Sequence record: MT446390.1 | DNA length: 64,000 bases | DNA from: Escherichia phage TH12 | Reading direction: 5' to 3' (one strand) | Part shown: in pieces, positions 1 to 9,981 of the stretch | Layout: every line of letters begins with the position of its first letter | How positions within the stretch are numbered: the stretch's first letter is position 1 | The notes under the pieces: model-generated | The model's database searches: none | The model's input: only the letters and a program-made list of their open reading frames with translations | What the model was told of the DNA's origin: nothing | Program-made: the position numbers and the translations under genes

Positions 1-1
1 A

Positions 2-559
<558 letters not shown>

Positions 560-561
560 TG

Positions 562-591
562 GTTTACAAACACCAAGGATGGTGTTACTAT
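562..591 (+). promoter_or_regulatory. T4-type early promoter (GTTTAC -35, 18 nt spacer, TACTAT -10)
   Basis: GTTTAC at 562-567, TACTAT at 586-591, followed by TATCA and RBS AGGAG before the ATG at 622. Confidence 0.6.
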
Positions 592-621
592 GGGTTTTAT
601 CAACAACACGAGGAGAAAATT

Positions 622-1122
622 ATGAATATGCAATTGATTACTAACGATATGGTTGTGGCAGCATTTGGTGATTCTACAGATGGAATCCGGGTCTTTAAGA
701 AAGGCCGTCCAGTTGGTTATCTTACGGACCTTCGTACTACTCTAGCGAAAAATGCTAAAAAGAAGTTAAAGCAAAAGGAATATTCCACCCGATACGCTGA
801 AGAGAAACGTGAAGCAATGCCGGAAGCAGTTAATGCTATGGTAGAATTTCTTCAAAACAATTTGACTAAATATGACGCTAATGTGTTCATTAATATTAGT
901 CAACCAAACGTACATATCGCAGGTATAAAATTCTACATTATTTGCGACCCTCTTACCGACAAATTCAACCGTCTCGGAATCTCAAGTCCATATCATACAG
1001 CAGAAGAGTTGTGTGTATTGTTTGAATCGTACAAAATCCAGTGTGATGGTTTGAAAACCGTTCTTATCAATGGATTATCCCGAGATGAAATCATTGAGAT
1101 TATTAAAACATGCTTAAAGTAA
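622..1122 (+). CDS. alc: Alc-like host transcription inhibitor (166 aa)
   Basis: ATG at 622 preceded by AGGAG; the listed ORF start at 559 overlaps the promoter; size and position between rnlA and the spanin/pseT genes match T4 alc; sequence identity not verified. Confidence 0.65.
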   Translation: MNMQLITNDMVVAAFGDSTDGIRVFKKGRPVGYLTDLRTTLAKNAKKKLKQKEYSTRYAEEKREAMPEAVNAMVEFLQNNLTKYDANVFINISQPNVHIAGIKFYIICDPLTDKFNRLGISSPYHTAEELCVLFESYKIQCDGLKTVLINGLSRDEIIEIIKTCLK

Positions 1123-1466
1123 ATCCGATTTACGCTATAGTAGCAGCTTTTGCTCTAGTTTCTACGGTAACAATAGTTGTCTTAAACAACAAAGTTGATT
1201 CGTTGAATACTGAATTAGCTTCTGTTAAAGAGGCTGCTAAAAACAATGCTAAAGTATTAGACGACTTCAAAGTTCAATATCAGTCAATCGAAGAAATGAC
1301 TTATAAGAACCGTGTTTTAGTTGACCAACTTAAGGCCGAAAATGAAAAGCTCCGTAAGGATTCGAAGAAGAAGAACGTGGTGGCAAGTAAACCAGGATTG
1401 GTCGAAAAACAAATCAACAGGTCCTTCGATTCCTTTGCAGAAGACCTCAGGAAGCTCTCAGAATGA
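1110..1466 (+). CDS. i-spanin (Rz-like; T4 pseT.3 equivalent)
   Basis: N-terminal hydrophobic helix IYAIVAAFALVSTVTIVVL followed by charged coiled-coil-like region; stop overlaps next gene start (ATGA). Confidence 0.7.
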   Translation: MLKVNPIYAIVAAFALVSTVTIVVLNNKVDSLNTELASVKEAAKNNAKVLDDFKVQYQSIEEMTYKNRVLVDQLKAENEKLRKDSKKKNVVASKPGLVEKQINRSFDSFAEDLRKLSE

Positions 1467-1753
1467 TTAAATTAATCGCAGTTGTATTATCTATTGGCAT
1501 TTTGGCTGGATGTGCCCAGGATGTGCCCTTAAGCCCTAAAGAAACTTTACATCCGCCATGGCCTGAATCTATTGTTGAATATAACCAGAAATGGCAAGTA
1601 AAGGTTATTGATGGTAATCCGTGGGTTGGAATGCCATTTGAAGACTCTCAAGAATTTCGTATCTGGTTAAACGACGTAAAAAGATATGTACATGACCAGA
1701 AGACTATGATATGTTATTATCGTAGTGGTTTAAAAGAGGAAAAATGCCAATGA
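1463..1753 (+). CDS. o-spanin lipoprotein (Rz1-like; T4 pseT.2 equivalent)
   Basis: Signal peptide with lipobox LAGC (MIKLIAVVLSIGILAGC) directly after the i-spanin. Confidence 0.7.
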   Translation: MIKLIAVVLSIGILAGCAQDVPLSPKETLHPPWPESIVEYNQKWQVKVIDGNPWVGMPFEDSQEFRIWLNDVKRYVHDQKTMICYYRSGLKEEKCQ

Positions 1754-1968
1754 CTAAAGAACAGCATGAATACATTAAAGGGCTTATCTATGAATCTGAA
1801 ATGGCGGCTATGATTTATGGGCGCCAGATTCAACGATTAGAATCTTTGCCTCCGACTAATGACCGATTGTTAGTTCAGTCTCGTGCTAATCTGAAAAATG
1901 AATATCAGAATAAGTGGGCAGTAGCGACTAAAGCTCTTCATGAGTATATCGAATCTTTAGTAAAATAG
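1744..1968 (+). CDS. hypothetical protein (74 aa)
   Basis: Compact ORF in syntenic early operon, phage-like codon usage. Confidence 0.5.
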   Translation: MPMTKEQHEYIKGLIYESEMAAMIYGRQIQRLESLPPTNDRLLVQSRANLKNEYQNKWAVATKALHEYIESLVK

Positions 1969-1998
1969 TTTACAAACTCTCGGGAGCAGAGTATAATG
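1968..1998 (+). promoter_or_regulatory. T4-type early promoter
   Basis: GTTTAC 1968-1973, TATAAT 1993-1998; dyad GGAGCA/TGCTCC flanks the -10. Confidence 0.55.
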
Positions 1999-2025
1999 CT
2001 CCTATGGATAATTGAGGAAATCTAA

Positions 2026-2324
2026 ATGAAAACATTACTAGAGAATTACATCAAACGGTCTGATGAGTATATTGATATCTGTCGTGGAATGTCACTTGGC
2101 AATTATGACAAAGATGCAGCAAAGGCACTAGATGAAGCAGGTAAAGCTCTTCGTAAAGCTGCTAAAGAAAAAGGGTTGGATTTGCAACAACTCAAAAGTC
2201 ATATGATTAAATTTATTTCTTCAAACGTTAGAAGTACGTCAATTAATAAAAACGTTGCTGAAATTAATAAAGACCGGCGCGAGCATAACATTCGTATTCT
2301 TGAAATTTTCTTAGGAATAAAATA

Positions 2325-2325
<1 letters not shown>
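2026..2325 (+). CDS. hypothetical protein (99 aa)
   Basis: ATG with GAGGAAA RBS downstream of early promoter. Confidence 0.55.
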
Positions 2326-3411
<1,086 letters not shown>

Positions 3412-3412
<1 letters not shown>

Positions 3413-3603
3413 TGAAACGATTATATGAAGTGATTGAGGCCATCGAACAGCATAAAGAATATTTGTTTGTAGCCTGGCCTTTAGTAAATGGACAGTTCGG
3501 TATTGATGTGCTGGACTATGAGCATGAAGAACGTTTGGACGGTGGTATATTTGATAACGTCGACCAGGCAATTGAATGGTTAAATGAAAACTATGTACGA
3601 TAA
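3412..3603 (+). CDS. hypothetical protein (63 aa)
   Basis: ORF coupled to pseT stop. Confidence 0.5.
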
Positions 3604-3808
3604 ACATCATGAAATCGAAGATGAAGCATACAAAATGCTTCGTAAACTAGTGGGACTTAATATGAGTCCTACATTAATCAACAAACTCGCAGGAATTCGT
3701 AATGATCTGAATACTCGTTACAAAGGCGAATATCATGTAGAGTTTGTTCCTGTAGGTGAACCGACCGAGCGATTTGTTGTTCGAGTTAAAGTAAATACTG
3801 TACACTGA
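3584..3808 (+). CDS. hypothetical protein (74 aa)
   Basis: ORF in cd.x-like variable region. Confidence 0.45.
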   Translation: MKTMYDKHHEIEDEAYKMLRKLVGLNMSPTLINKLAGIRNDLNTRYKGEYHVEFVPVGEPTERFVVRVKVNTVH

Positions 3809-3815
3809 GGTAATT

Positions 3816-4091
3816 ATGTTCCCAACTTATTCTGAAATTGTAAAGGTAGTCTTCAGTCAGATTATTGCTAATAATATGTTTGAAGTGCTTGATAATGCAG
3901 CCGAACTCAGAGTTCATGCTCAACTAACTCATGTACTCAATGCTTTGCTCCCAGACCAAGTAGATTCTATTGCTATTACTCTTCTCCCTGGGTCTGCACA
4001 CGTCATAGTGGTATTTGGTCTTGACGGCGATTTAGTTATCCAATGTGATATCAATTTCGGTACACAAAAAATTGAATGCAAAGCAATTTAA
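3816..4091 (+). CDS. hypothetical protein (91 aa)
   Basis: ORF in cd.x-like variable region. Confidence 0.5.
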   Translation: MFPTYSEIVKVVFSQIIANNMFEVLDNAAELRVHAQLTHVLNALLPDQVDSIAITLLPGSAHVIVVFGLDGDLVIQCDINFGTQKIECKAI

Positions 4092-4093
4092 TG

Positions 4094-4123
4094 GTTTACA
4101 ACATGGTGGAGTTGTGATACTAT
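4094..4123 (+). promoter_or_regulatory. T4-type early promoter
   Basis: GTTTAC 4094-4099, TACTAT 4118-4123. Confidence 0.55.
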
Positions 4124-4151
4124 AACTCTACCAACAAATGAGGAAATAGAA

Positions 4152-4388
4152 ATGCTAAGTGAAAACCCAATCACAGTACACGAATTTCAGATTAAAGTAA
4201 AAGAATTTGCTCAAGCACTCATCAATAAAGTGTCTGAACGTTTCCAAGATGCAACATTACGAGTTATTCAAGAATCTCCACGTTCTTTTCTCATAATCGT
4301 TAATCCTAAAGATGGTGACCAAATTACTAATCTTAAATTAGGCAGTGACGGTCTTGTTGAAGCAACTCGAGTGTATGGAACACTATAA
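4152..4388 (+). CDS. hypothetical protein (78 aa)
   Basis: AGGAAATAGAAATG RBS/start downstream of early promoter. Confidence 0.55.
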   Translation: MLSENPITVHEFQIKVKEFAQALINKVSERFQDATLRVIQESPRSFLIIVNPKDGDQITNLKLGSDGLVEATRVYGTL

Positions 4389-4508
4389 TGAGAGTTATCT
4401 CATTACTATCGAGAATGGTCATAAATCTGAGCACTACCAACTTAGCCTGTCTAATCCGGTTAAAGGTATTGTTGAATCAGAATCTGTTTATATCTCCTAA
4501 GGATTGTT

Positions 4509-5501
4509 ATGTTACCTGTCGTCGGAAAACTTATTTCTCCAAAAGAACTGGCTGAGATTATTCCTTTGTCGGAAGCTTACGCATCACAAGTGGCTTCTCA
4601 TCGCGAACAAGTTAATTCGATTATGAACGGTGAAGACCCACGCAAACTTATTGTTGTAGGTCCTTGTTCAATTCATGACCCTATTGCTGCTGTTGAATAC
4701 GGCAAACGTCTGGCTGAACTTCAAACTCGTCTTCCTAATGTTCTGTTAGTGATGCGCGTTTATTTTGAAAAGCCTCGAACTACCGTAGGTTGGAAAGGTC
4801 TTGTAAATGATCCATATCTTGACGGAAGTTTTGATATGAACCACGGTCTTATAGTTGCACGAACATTGTGTCGTAAACTTCTACGTATGGGACTTCCATT
4901 AGCAACTGAAGTATTAGACCCATTCACGATTAAGTATCTTTCTGGTATTTTCTCATGGGTTGCTATTGGCGCACGTACGACTGAAAGTCAGACACATCGT
5001 GAAATTGCTTCAGGTCTACCGATGTGCGTAGGCTTCAAGAACGCAACCAATGGTTCTATTAAAGTAGCTACAGACGCGATGTATAGTGCCGCCTGGCCTC
5101 ATCGGTATATGGGTATGGACGTCGATGGTACTGTAGGCATTGTTGAAGCTGAAGGTAATCAGAATACGCATATCGTATTGCGTGGCGGGACCAACGGCCC
5201 GAACTATCATTCTTCTGATATTCAAGAAGCTTCTAACAAAGCAAGGGCAGTAGGTCTGAATCATTATGTAATGGTTGACTGTAGCCATGCAAACGCTGAT
5301 GGGCATTATAGCAATCAAATTGATATTGGTAAAAATTTAGCAGCTAATGATTTGGTCAAAGGAATTATGATAGAATCGTTCCTACATGAAGGAAATCAAA
5401 AAATTTCTGATAATATGTCCTATGGCGTTTCCGTTACCGATGCGTGCATCAGTTGGGAACAAACTAAAGAGCTGTTAACTTATATTAATAAGGTTCAATA
5501 A
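4509..5501 (+). CDS. 3-deoxy-D-arabino-heptulosonate-7-phosphate (DAHP) synthase, class I (AroG/AroF/AroH family)
   Basis: Motifs KLIVVGPCSIHDP, RVYFEKPRTTVGWKGL, GARTTESQTHREIASG, DCSHAN, IMIESFLHEGNQ, TDACISWE alignable to E. coli AroG from memory; AAGGA RBS; stop overlaps cd start. Confidence 0.85.
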   Translation: MLPVVGKLISPKELAEIIPLSEAYASQVASHREQVNSIMNGEDPRKLIVVGPCSIHDPIAAVEYGKRLAELQTRLPNVLLVMRVYFEKPRTTVGWKGLVNDPYLDGSFDMNHGLIVARTLCRKLLRMGLPLATEVLDPFTIKYLSGIFSWVAIGARTTESQTHREIASGLPMCVGFKNATNGSIKVATDAMYSAAWPHRYMGMDVDGTVGIVEAEGNQNTHIVLRGGTNGPNYHSSDIQEASNKARAVGLNHYVMVDCSHANADGHYSNQIDIGKNLAANDLVKGIMIESFLHEGNQKISDNMSYGVSVTDACISWEQTKELLTYINKVQ

Positions 5502-6082
5502 TGAAAGCTAGCACATACCTTCAGATTGCATATCTGATTTCTCAAGAATCAAAATGTTGTTCATGGAAAGTTGGTGCCGTCATTGAAAAAGATGGACGCA
5601 TTATTTCTACAGGTTATAATGGCTCTCCTTCAGGTGGTGTTAACTGTTGTGAACATGCATCCGAAAACGGTTGGTTGAAGAATAAACCAAGCCCGGTCAT
5701 CGTTGCTGGGCATAAAGAAGGCACTACAGCATTTGGACGGGTGGATAATTTTGTTTTGGCTAAAGAACATCGGGCTGCTCATAGTGCATGGTCCGCTAAT
5801 AACGAAATCCATGCGGAACTGAATGCAATTTTGTTTGCAGCTCGTAAAGGTAATTCTATTGAAGGTGCTACGTTATATACTACGCTTTCTCCGTGTCCTG
5901 ATTGCACTAAAGCTATTACACAGTCAGGTATTAAAAAGGTTGTATATGCAGAATTATATGACCGATCTCCTGAAAATTGGGCAGACATTCTTAAACAAGC
6001 CGGTATTGAAGTAATTCAGTACTCTCGTAATAATCTTCGTTCTCTGAATTGGGAACAAATCCGAAACTTTTGTGGTGAATAA
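5501..6082 (+). CDS. cd: dCMP deaminase
   Basis: Zinc-binding HAELNAI and PCPDC motifs; near full-length resemblance to T4 Cd. Confidence 0.95.
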   Translation: MKASTYLQIAYLISQESKCCSWKVGAVIEKDGRIISTGYNGSPSGGVNCCEHASENGWLKNKPSPVIVAGHKEGTTAFGRVDNFVLAKEHRAAHSAWSANNEIHAELNAILFAARKGNSIEGATLYTTLSPCPDCTKAITQSGIKKVVYAELYDRSPENWADILKQAGIEVIQYSRNNLRSLNWEQIRNFCGE

Positions 6083-6083
6083 T

Positions 6084-6380
6084 ATGATTTTAACTGAACA
6101 AGAAACTATGGTTCTTCGTGAACGTATTAAAACTATTCTGTCTGTAGGCGTTCATTGTGTTGTATTTGAAAAGGCTAACGGCGATGTTCGTACGATGTTT
6201 GCCTCCCGTGATGAACTTGAAGTCAAATACGAAAATAACAATCCGGCAACAGAAGTTCGTTCTGAACCTCGTGAATCAGTTCGAGCATTCGATACCAAGT
6301 TAGGTCAGTGGCGTTCTTTCCGCCTTGATAAAGTAATTTCGGTTGATGGTACTCCGGTAGAACGTTTGCTTCTTATGTAA
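6084..6380 (+). CDS. hypothetical protein (T4 31.1/31.2-like position)
   Basis: ATG at 6084 with GGTGA RBS; the listed ORF start at 6072 is a GTG extension. Confidence 0.55.
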   Translation: MILTEQETMVLRERIKTILSVGVHCVVFEKANGDVRTMFASRDELEVKYENNNPATEVRSEPRESVRAFDTKLGQWRSFRLDKVISVDGTPVERLLLM

Positions 6381-6382
6381 TA

Positions 6383-6407
6383 TGCTTTACGAATAGTATG
6401 GTATTAT
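6383..6407 (+). promoter_or_regulatory. T4 middle promoter (MotA box TGCTTTA plus -10 TATTAT)
   Basis: TGCTTTA 6383-6389, 12 nt spacer, TATTAT 6402-6407, upstream of gene 31. Confidence 0.55.
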
Positions 6408-6437
6408 TAATCTATCGTCAAACAATAAGGAAATAAG

Positions 6438-6770
6438 ATGTCTGAAGTACAACTCCCAATTCGTGCTGTTGGTGAATATGTCATTCTGGTTTCTGAACCC
6501 GCTCAAGCAGGTGATGAAGAAGTTACCGAATCAGGACTTGTGATTGGTAAACGTATTCAAGGTGAAGTTCCTGAACTATGTGTAGTTCATTCTGTAGGTC
6601 CTGATGTTCCTAAAGGTTTTGTTGAAGTCGGTGATTTGACTCCACTACCAGTTGGACAAATTCGAAATGTTCCACATCCATTTGTGGCTTTGGGACTTAA
6701 ACAACCTAAAGAAATTAAACAGAAATTCGTAACATGCCACTATAAAGCTATTCCGTGTCTTTATAAGTGA
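6438..6770 (+). CDS. 31: co-chaperonin for GroEL (GroES analogue)
   Basis: Near-identical over full length to T4 gp31 as recalled (MSEV...[23 protein letters not shown]...). Confidence 0.95.
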   Translation: MSEVQLPIRAVGEYVILVSEPAQAGDEEVTESGLVIGKRIQGEVPELCVVHSVGPDVPKGFVEVGDLTPLPVGQIRNVPHPFVALGLKQPKEIKQKFVTCHYKAIPCLYK

Positions 6771-6778
6771 TATAAATA
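6771..6778 (+). promoter_or_regulatory. T4 late promoter TATAAATA
   Basis: Exact TATAAATA immediately after gene 31 stop, followed by hairpin GAAGAG-AACA-CTCTTC (6786-6801). Confidence 0.45.
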
Positions 6779-6894
6779 ACTATATGAAGAGAACACTCTT
6801 CTAAGCGGTAGCCTACAACTGAGAGACTTGTCGAAAGAAGGTGAAATTCAGACGAACGTGGCTACTAAATATTATCTCGAATTGAGAATTTAAA

Positions 6895-7143
6895 ATGATT
6901 AAACAATTACAACACGCTCTTGAACTGCAACGCAACGCATGGAATAACGGTCACGAAAACTACGGCGCGTCAATTGATGTTGAAGCCGAAGCACTGGAAA
7001 TCCTGCGTTATTTCAAACACCTGAATCCTGCTCAGGCTACTCTGGCTTCTGAACTGGAAGCTAAAGATGAATTGAAATATGCTAAGCCTCTGGCTTCTGC
7101 AGCACGCAAAGCAGTTCGTCATTTTGTTATTACTTTGAAATAA
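6895..7143 (+). CDS. rIII: possible rIII lysis-inhibition accessory protein (82 aa)
   Basis: Size and position directly downstream of gene 31 as in T4; sequence identity not verified. Confidence 0.5.
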   Translation: MIKQLQHALELQRNAWNNGHENYGASIDVEAEALEILRYFKHLNPAQATLASELEAKDELKYAKPLASAARKAVRHFVITLK

Positions 7144-7306
7144 TTGCTATCATGCGTCAGCAAAAGGTTAGCTGTGTAAGTCATGGTAGGTATGATGACG
7201 GGTTTATGGTTATCCTGTCGTTAAATACCCAAAACCTATGTTCCCCTTGAGGGCTTGCGCAGGCAATGTCAATAAGTCCTGCATTTTCATTTAAAGAGAA
7301 TTTATA

Positions 7307-7486
7307 ATGGCAAAACAAGCTAAAGCAAAGAAAGCAGTTGAAAAGAAAGTTGATGGTACCTCTAAACGCGCTGGATACAAGCGTGGGTCGAACTCTCGTA
7401 TTAATCAAACAGTTGAGAAGATCATGCGCAGAGCACGTGCAGTTCTTCGAGATGATGCTTCTCGTTTTGGAAAGGTTGTTGCATAA
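7307..7486 (+). CDS. small basic hypothetical protein (59 aa; not in supplied ORF list)
   Basis: ATG at 7307 to TAA at 7484-7486, Lys/Arg-rich, immediately followed by a strong terminator hairpin. Confidence 0.45.
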   Translation: MAKQAKAKKAVEKKVDGTSKRAGYKRGSNSRINQTVEKIMRRARAVLRDDASRFGKVVA

Positions 7487-7491
7487 TTTTA

Positions 7492-7515
7492 GGGAGACTT
7501 CGGTCTCCCTTTTGT
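7492..7515 (+). terminator. rho-independent terminator, GGGAGAC-UUCG-GUCUCCC hairpin plus U tract
   Basis: Perfect 7 bp GC-rich stem with UUCG tetraloop followed by TTTTGTG. Confidence 0.7.
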
Positions 7516-7546
7516 GCGTTTAGGGCAGAAAAAGTTTAAAAAAGAT

Positions 7547-7575
7547 GTTTACTCTCCTGTAGGATGTGTTACTAT
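7547..7575 (+). promoter_or_regulatory. T4-type early promoter
   Basis: GTTTAC 7547-7552, TACTAT 7570-7575, then GGAGAATAAAATG. Confidence 0.55.
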
Positions 7576-7616
7576 AGACTTGTACCACCTAATCAATAAA
7601 ACAACCGGAGAATAAA

Positions 7617-7985
7617 ATGAAAATCAATCTGAACTCATACATCAAATGTAAAGACCACGATGGTTATAAAGCTATCGAAATTAAAGAATTCCAGTGGATG
7701 TTATACAAAGAGCAATTTGAGTTCGTAGGTTGTATGACCCCTGAAGGTCCTTCTGATGATTTCTCTTGGAAAATTGTGTTAGCAAACTTTTTCACAGGTG
7801 ACACGTACGAATTAAAAACTATTATTACCGGTAAAATTCGTTCAGAAACATATGTTGACGAAGAAACTGGTTACTCTGAAGATGTTACATGGTATCAAAA
7901 TGGACGCATTACAGCAGATAACCTGATCGAAAAAATGAAAGCCAAAGGTGTTTTAAATTTAGACAATTGGATTAAAGTTGCATAA
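7617..7985 (+). CDS. hypothetical protein (122 aa)
   Basis: Promoter-leader-ORF cassette with GGAGAATAAAATG. Confidence 0.6.
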   Translation: MKINLNSYIKCKDHDGYKAIEIKEFQWMLYKEQFEFVGCMTPEGPSDDFSWKIVLANFFTGDTYELKTIITGKIRSETYVDEETGYSEDVTWYQNGRITADNLIEKMKAKGVLNLDNWIKVA

Positions 7986-7989
7986 AACA

Positions 7990-8018
7990 GTTTACTTTGG
8001 TACAGGTTATGTTATTAT
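7990..8018 (+). promoter_or_regulatory. T4-type early promoter
   Basis: GTTTAC 7990-7995, TATTAT 8013-8018; 10 bp dyad TGGTACAGGT/ACCTGTACCA flanks the -10. Confidence 0.55.
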
Positions 8019-8059
8019 AGACCTGTACCAATAAACAACTTAAACATCTGGAGAATAAA

Positions 8060-8425
8060 ATGAACTACATCAACTTCGAACGCAAATATGTTTCTAACGG
8101 TATTGCTGGTTCTTCTGAAGTTATTTGCTTATGGAAACACGAAAACGGTACAGTTTGTGAAATCGAACAGTGCATGACTCCTAATTACGTTTATATGCGA
8201 TTTGAAAATGGTATCACGGTTTCAATCACGATGGAAGGTTCAAATTTTAAAATTGCATTAGATGATGATTTCCGTCAGCGTGATTTAGGTACTCATCCTT
8301 GCTGGAATGGTGTTAATCGTAAACTTCTGGTTAAAACTTGGATTCGTCATATCCTGAGTAACCGAGCTAAACCTGAACATCTCGAAGCAATCTTTGATGT
8401 AGTTCTTAACGAATTTGATATCTAA
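8060..8425 (+). CDS. hypothetical protein (121 aa)
   Basis: Promoter-leader-ORF cassette with GGAGAATAAAATG. Confidence 0.6.
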   Translation: MNYINFERKYVSNGIAGSSEVICLWKHENGTVCEIEQCMTPNYVYMRFENGITVSITMEGSNFKIALDDDFRQRDLGTHPCWNGVNRKLLVKTWIRHILSNRAKPEHLEAIFDVVLNEFDI

Positions 8426-8432
8426 ATTAATT

Positions 8433-8448
8433 GGGAGCCGAAGCTCCC
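8433..8448 (+). other. intercistronic stem-loop GGGAGC-CGAA-GCTCCC
   Basis: Perfect 6 bp stem with tetraloop between two plus-strand ORFs, no U tract. Confidence 0.5.
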
Positions 8449-8461
8449 TATTGAGGAAATT

Positions 8462-9076
8462 ATGTTTAAAGTTAATACTTTTTATAAAATGAATTTTAAA
8501 AACGGGGATATTACTCCACGCCTTAAAAACATGTTCTCATATGACCTTATCGAGCCTTTTGAAGTTTTAGAAGTTACTGATGCTGGCTCGGTTTGTGAAA
8601 TTAGAACTTCTGAAGGTAAAATTTATCAGGCAGGTATTGGTAAATTCAGTAATTGTTTTACTTTAATATTCTCGACTGATTTAGATGAGCATTTTATTGA
8701 ATGTCCTAACCATAAGGTCTACGAAGTTCCATGGAAAGAAACTAAGAAAAATGGACCGCATGAATACACGAAGGTTGAAACTCCTCACGGCGATATGTGG
8801 CGGCATAACTCTCCTTTCGGAAGTAAAGGAACATTTGCTCAACTGCCTAAACCTTATGACGATGAAAAATACATCGTCGCCTTTTTATCTGAACAGGGTA
8901 CTCAAGACCGTGGATGTCAACGAAGTGGTTTACTAAGTGAACTTGAAGCTCATAACCAAGCACGTGAATTCGTTGAGAAAAATCCTGGCTCTGAAGCTCT
9001 AGTCATGAAAGCAATTACTCAATATATCACTGCTCAACCTGTTGTTCATCCGGTAGAAATTAATTTCATTAAGTAG
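8462..9076 (+). CDS. hypothetical protein (204 aa)
   Basis: ORF with GAGGAAATTATG start. Confidence 0.6.
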   Translation: MFKVNTFYKMNFKNGDITPRLKNMFSYDLIEPFEVLEVTDAGSVCEIRTSEGKIYQAGIGKFSNCFTLIFSTDLDEHFIECPNHKVYEVPWKETKKNGPHEYTKVETPHGDMWRHNSPFGSKGTFAQLPKPYDDEKYIVAFLSEQGTQDRGCQRSGLLSELEAHNQAREFVEKNPGSEALVMKAITQYITAQPVVHPVEINFIK

Positions 9077-9106
9077 TTTACATCCAAGGACGGATTAGAG
9101 TATAAT
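9076..9106 (+). promoter_or_regulatory. T4-type early promoter
   Basis: GTTTAC 9076-9081, TATAAT 9101-9106. Confidence 0.5.
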
Positions 9107-9130
9107 GATTTCTTTAGTAAGTGGAAAAAT

Positions 9131-9328
9131 ATGAAATTTTTAATAGCACAAACAGTCCAATTAAAAGGTGTTGGAATTCCTGGGGTGATTTTTAAAGTTC
9201 TCCCTGAATTTAAAACCGCCGCTGGAATTATCAATGAAGCGTATGCTGTTCAATGGGTTGATTGGACTTCTGACATACGTATGGGTAAAGAGTTATCTCC
9301 TATTAAAGGGTTGAAACATGTTGAATAA
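9131..9328 (+). CDS. hypothetical protein (65 aa)
   Basis: ORF downstream of early promoter. Confidence 0.5.
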   Translation: MKFLIAQTVQLKGVGIPGVIFKVLPEFKTAAGIINEAYAVQWVDWTSDIRMGKELSPIKGLKHVE

Positions 9329-9530
9329 ATTAATCCAGAAATTGTTAGGTACAGAAATGGTTGAAGTTACGTATCGTGTGACTGATGTAAGCCCATGGGC
9401 CCGAAAAGTTGAACCATATACTAAAACAATTAAAATGCTGAAATATGACGGTGGATTATCTATCAAAGACCGTCTACCGGCTTATGGTCATTGGGCTGAT
9501 GTTGAAATTATAAGTGTTAAAGATGTCTGA
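9318..9530 (+). CDS. hypothetical protein (70 aa)
   Basis: Overlapping start/stop with neighbours. Confidence 0.5.
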   Translation: MLNKLIQKLLGTEMVEVTYRVTDVSPWARKVEPYTKTIKMLKYDGGLSIKDRLPAYGHWADVEIISVKDV

Positions 9531-9981
9531 GTTAGAGATTAGAAGCAATTTTAGATGGCCGTCATGTGCATTAAGTAATTTTGCCCAGTGGCCTTTCGTT
9601 ATGGATGGTATTCAATTCGGAGGTCTTGAAGGATTTCTCCAAGGATGTAAGGTGAAAAATGTTGAACAACAAAGACGTATATTTGGGCTGTCAGGACTGG
9701 CCGCACAGCAAGCTGGAAGGTCTTATGCAAGAGCTCAGGACCATGGGACTCTCTTCTGGTTAGGAGTTCCATTTTCAAGATACTCTGAAGCATGGAAAGA
9801 ATTATATACAAATGCATATTTTGAAGCAGCGATCCAAAACAAGGGGTTTCGCGATGCCTTACAAGCCTCTAAAGGAAAAATTTTGAAGCACAGCATGGCC
9901 AGCCACCTAACAAAAGATGATACAATATTAACTGAAGCTGAATTTATTGATGTGTTAAACCTATTAAGAGACTCTTTATGA
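9523..9981 (+). CDS. NADAR-domain (YbiA-like) protein, candidate ADP-ribose processing hydrolase
   Basis: LSNFAQWPFVMDG matches recalled E. coli YbiA FSNFAAWPIKVDG; ATG at 9523 overlaps the previous stop (listed start 9514 is GTG). Confidence 0.6.
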   Translation: MSELEIRSNFRWPSCALSNFAQWPFVMDGIQFGGLEGFLQGCKVKNVEQQRRIFGLSGLAAQQAGRSYARAQDHGTLFWLGVPFSRYSEAWKELYTNAYFEAAIQNKGFRDALQASKGKILKHSMASHLTKDDTILTEAEFIDVLNLLRDSL

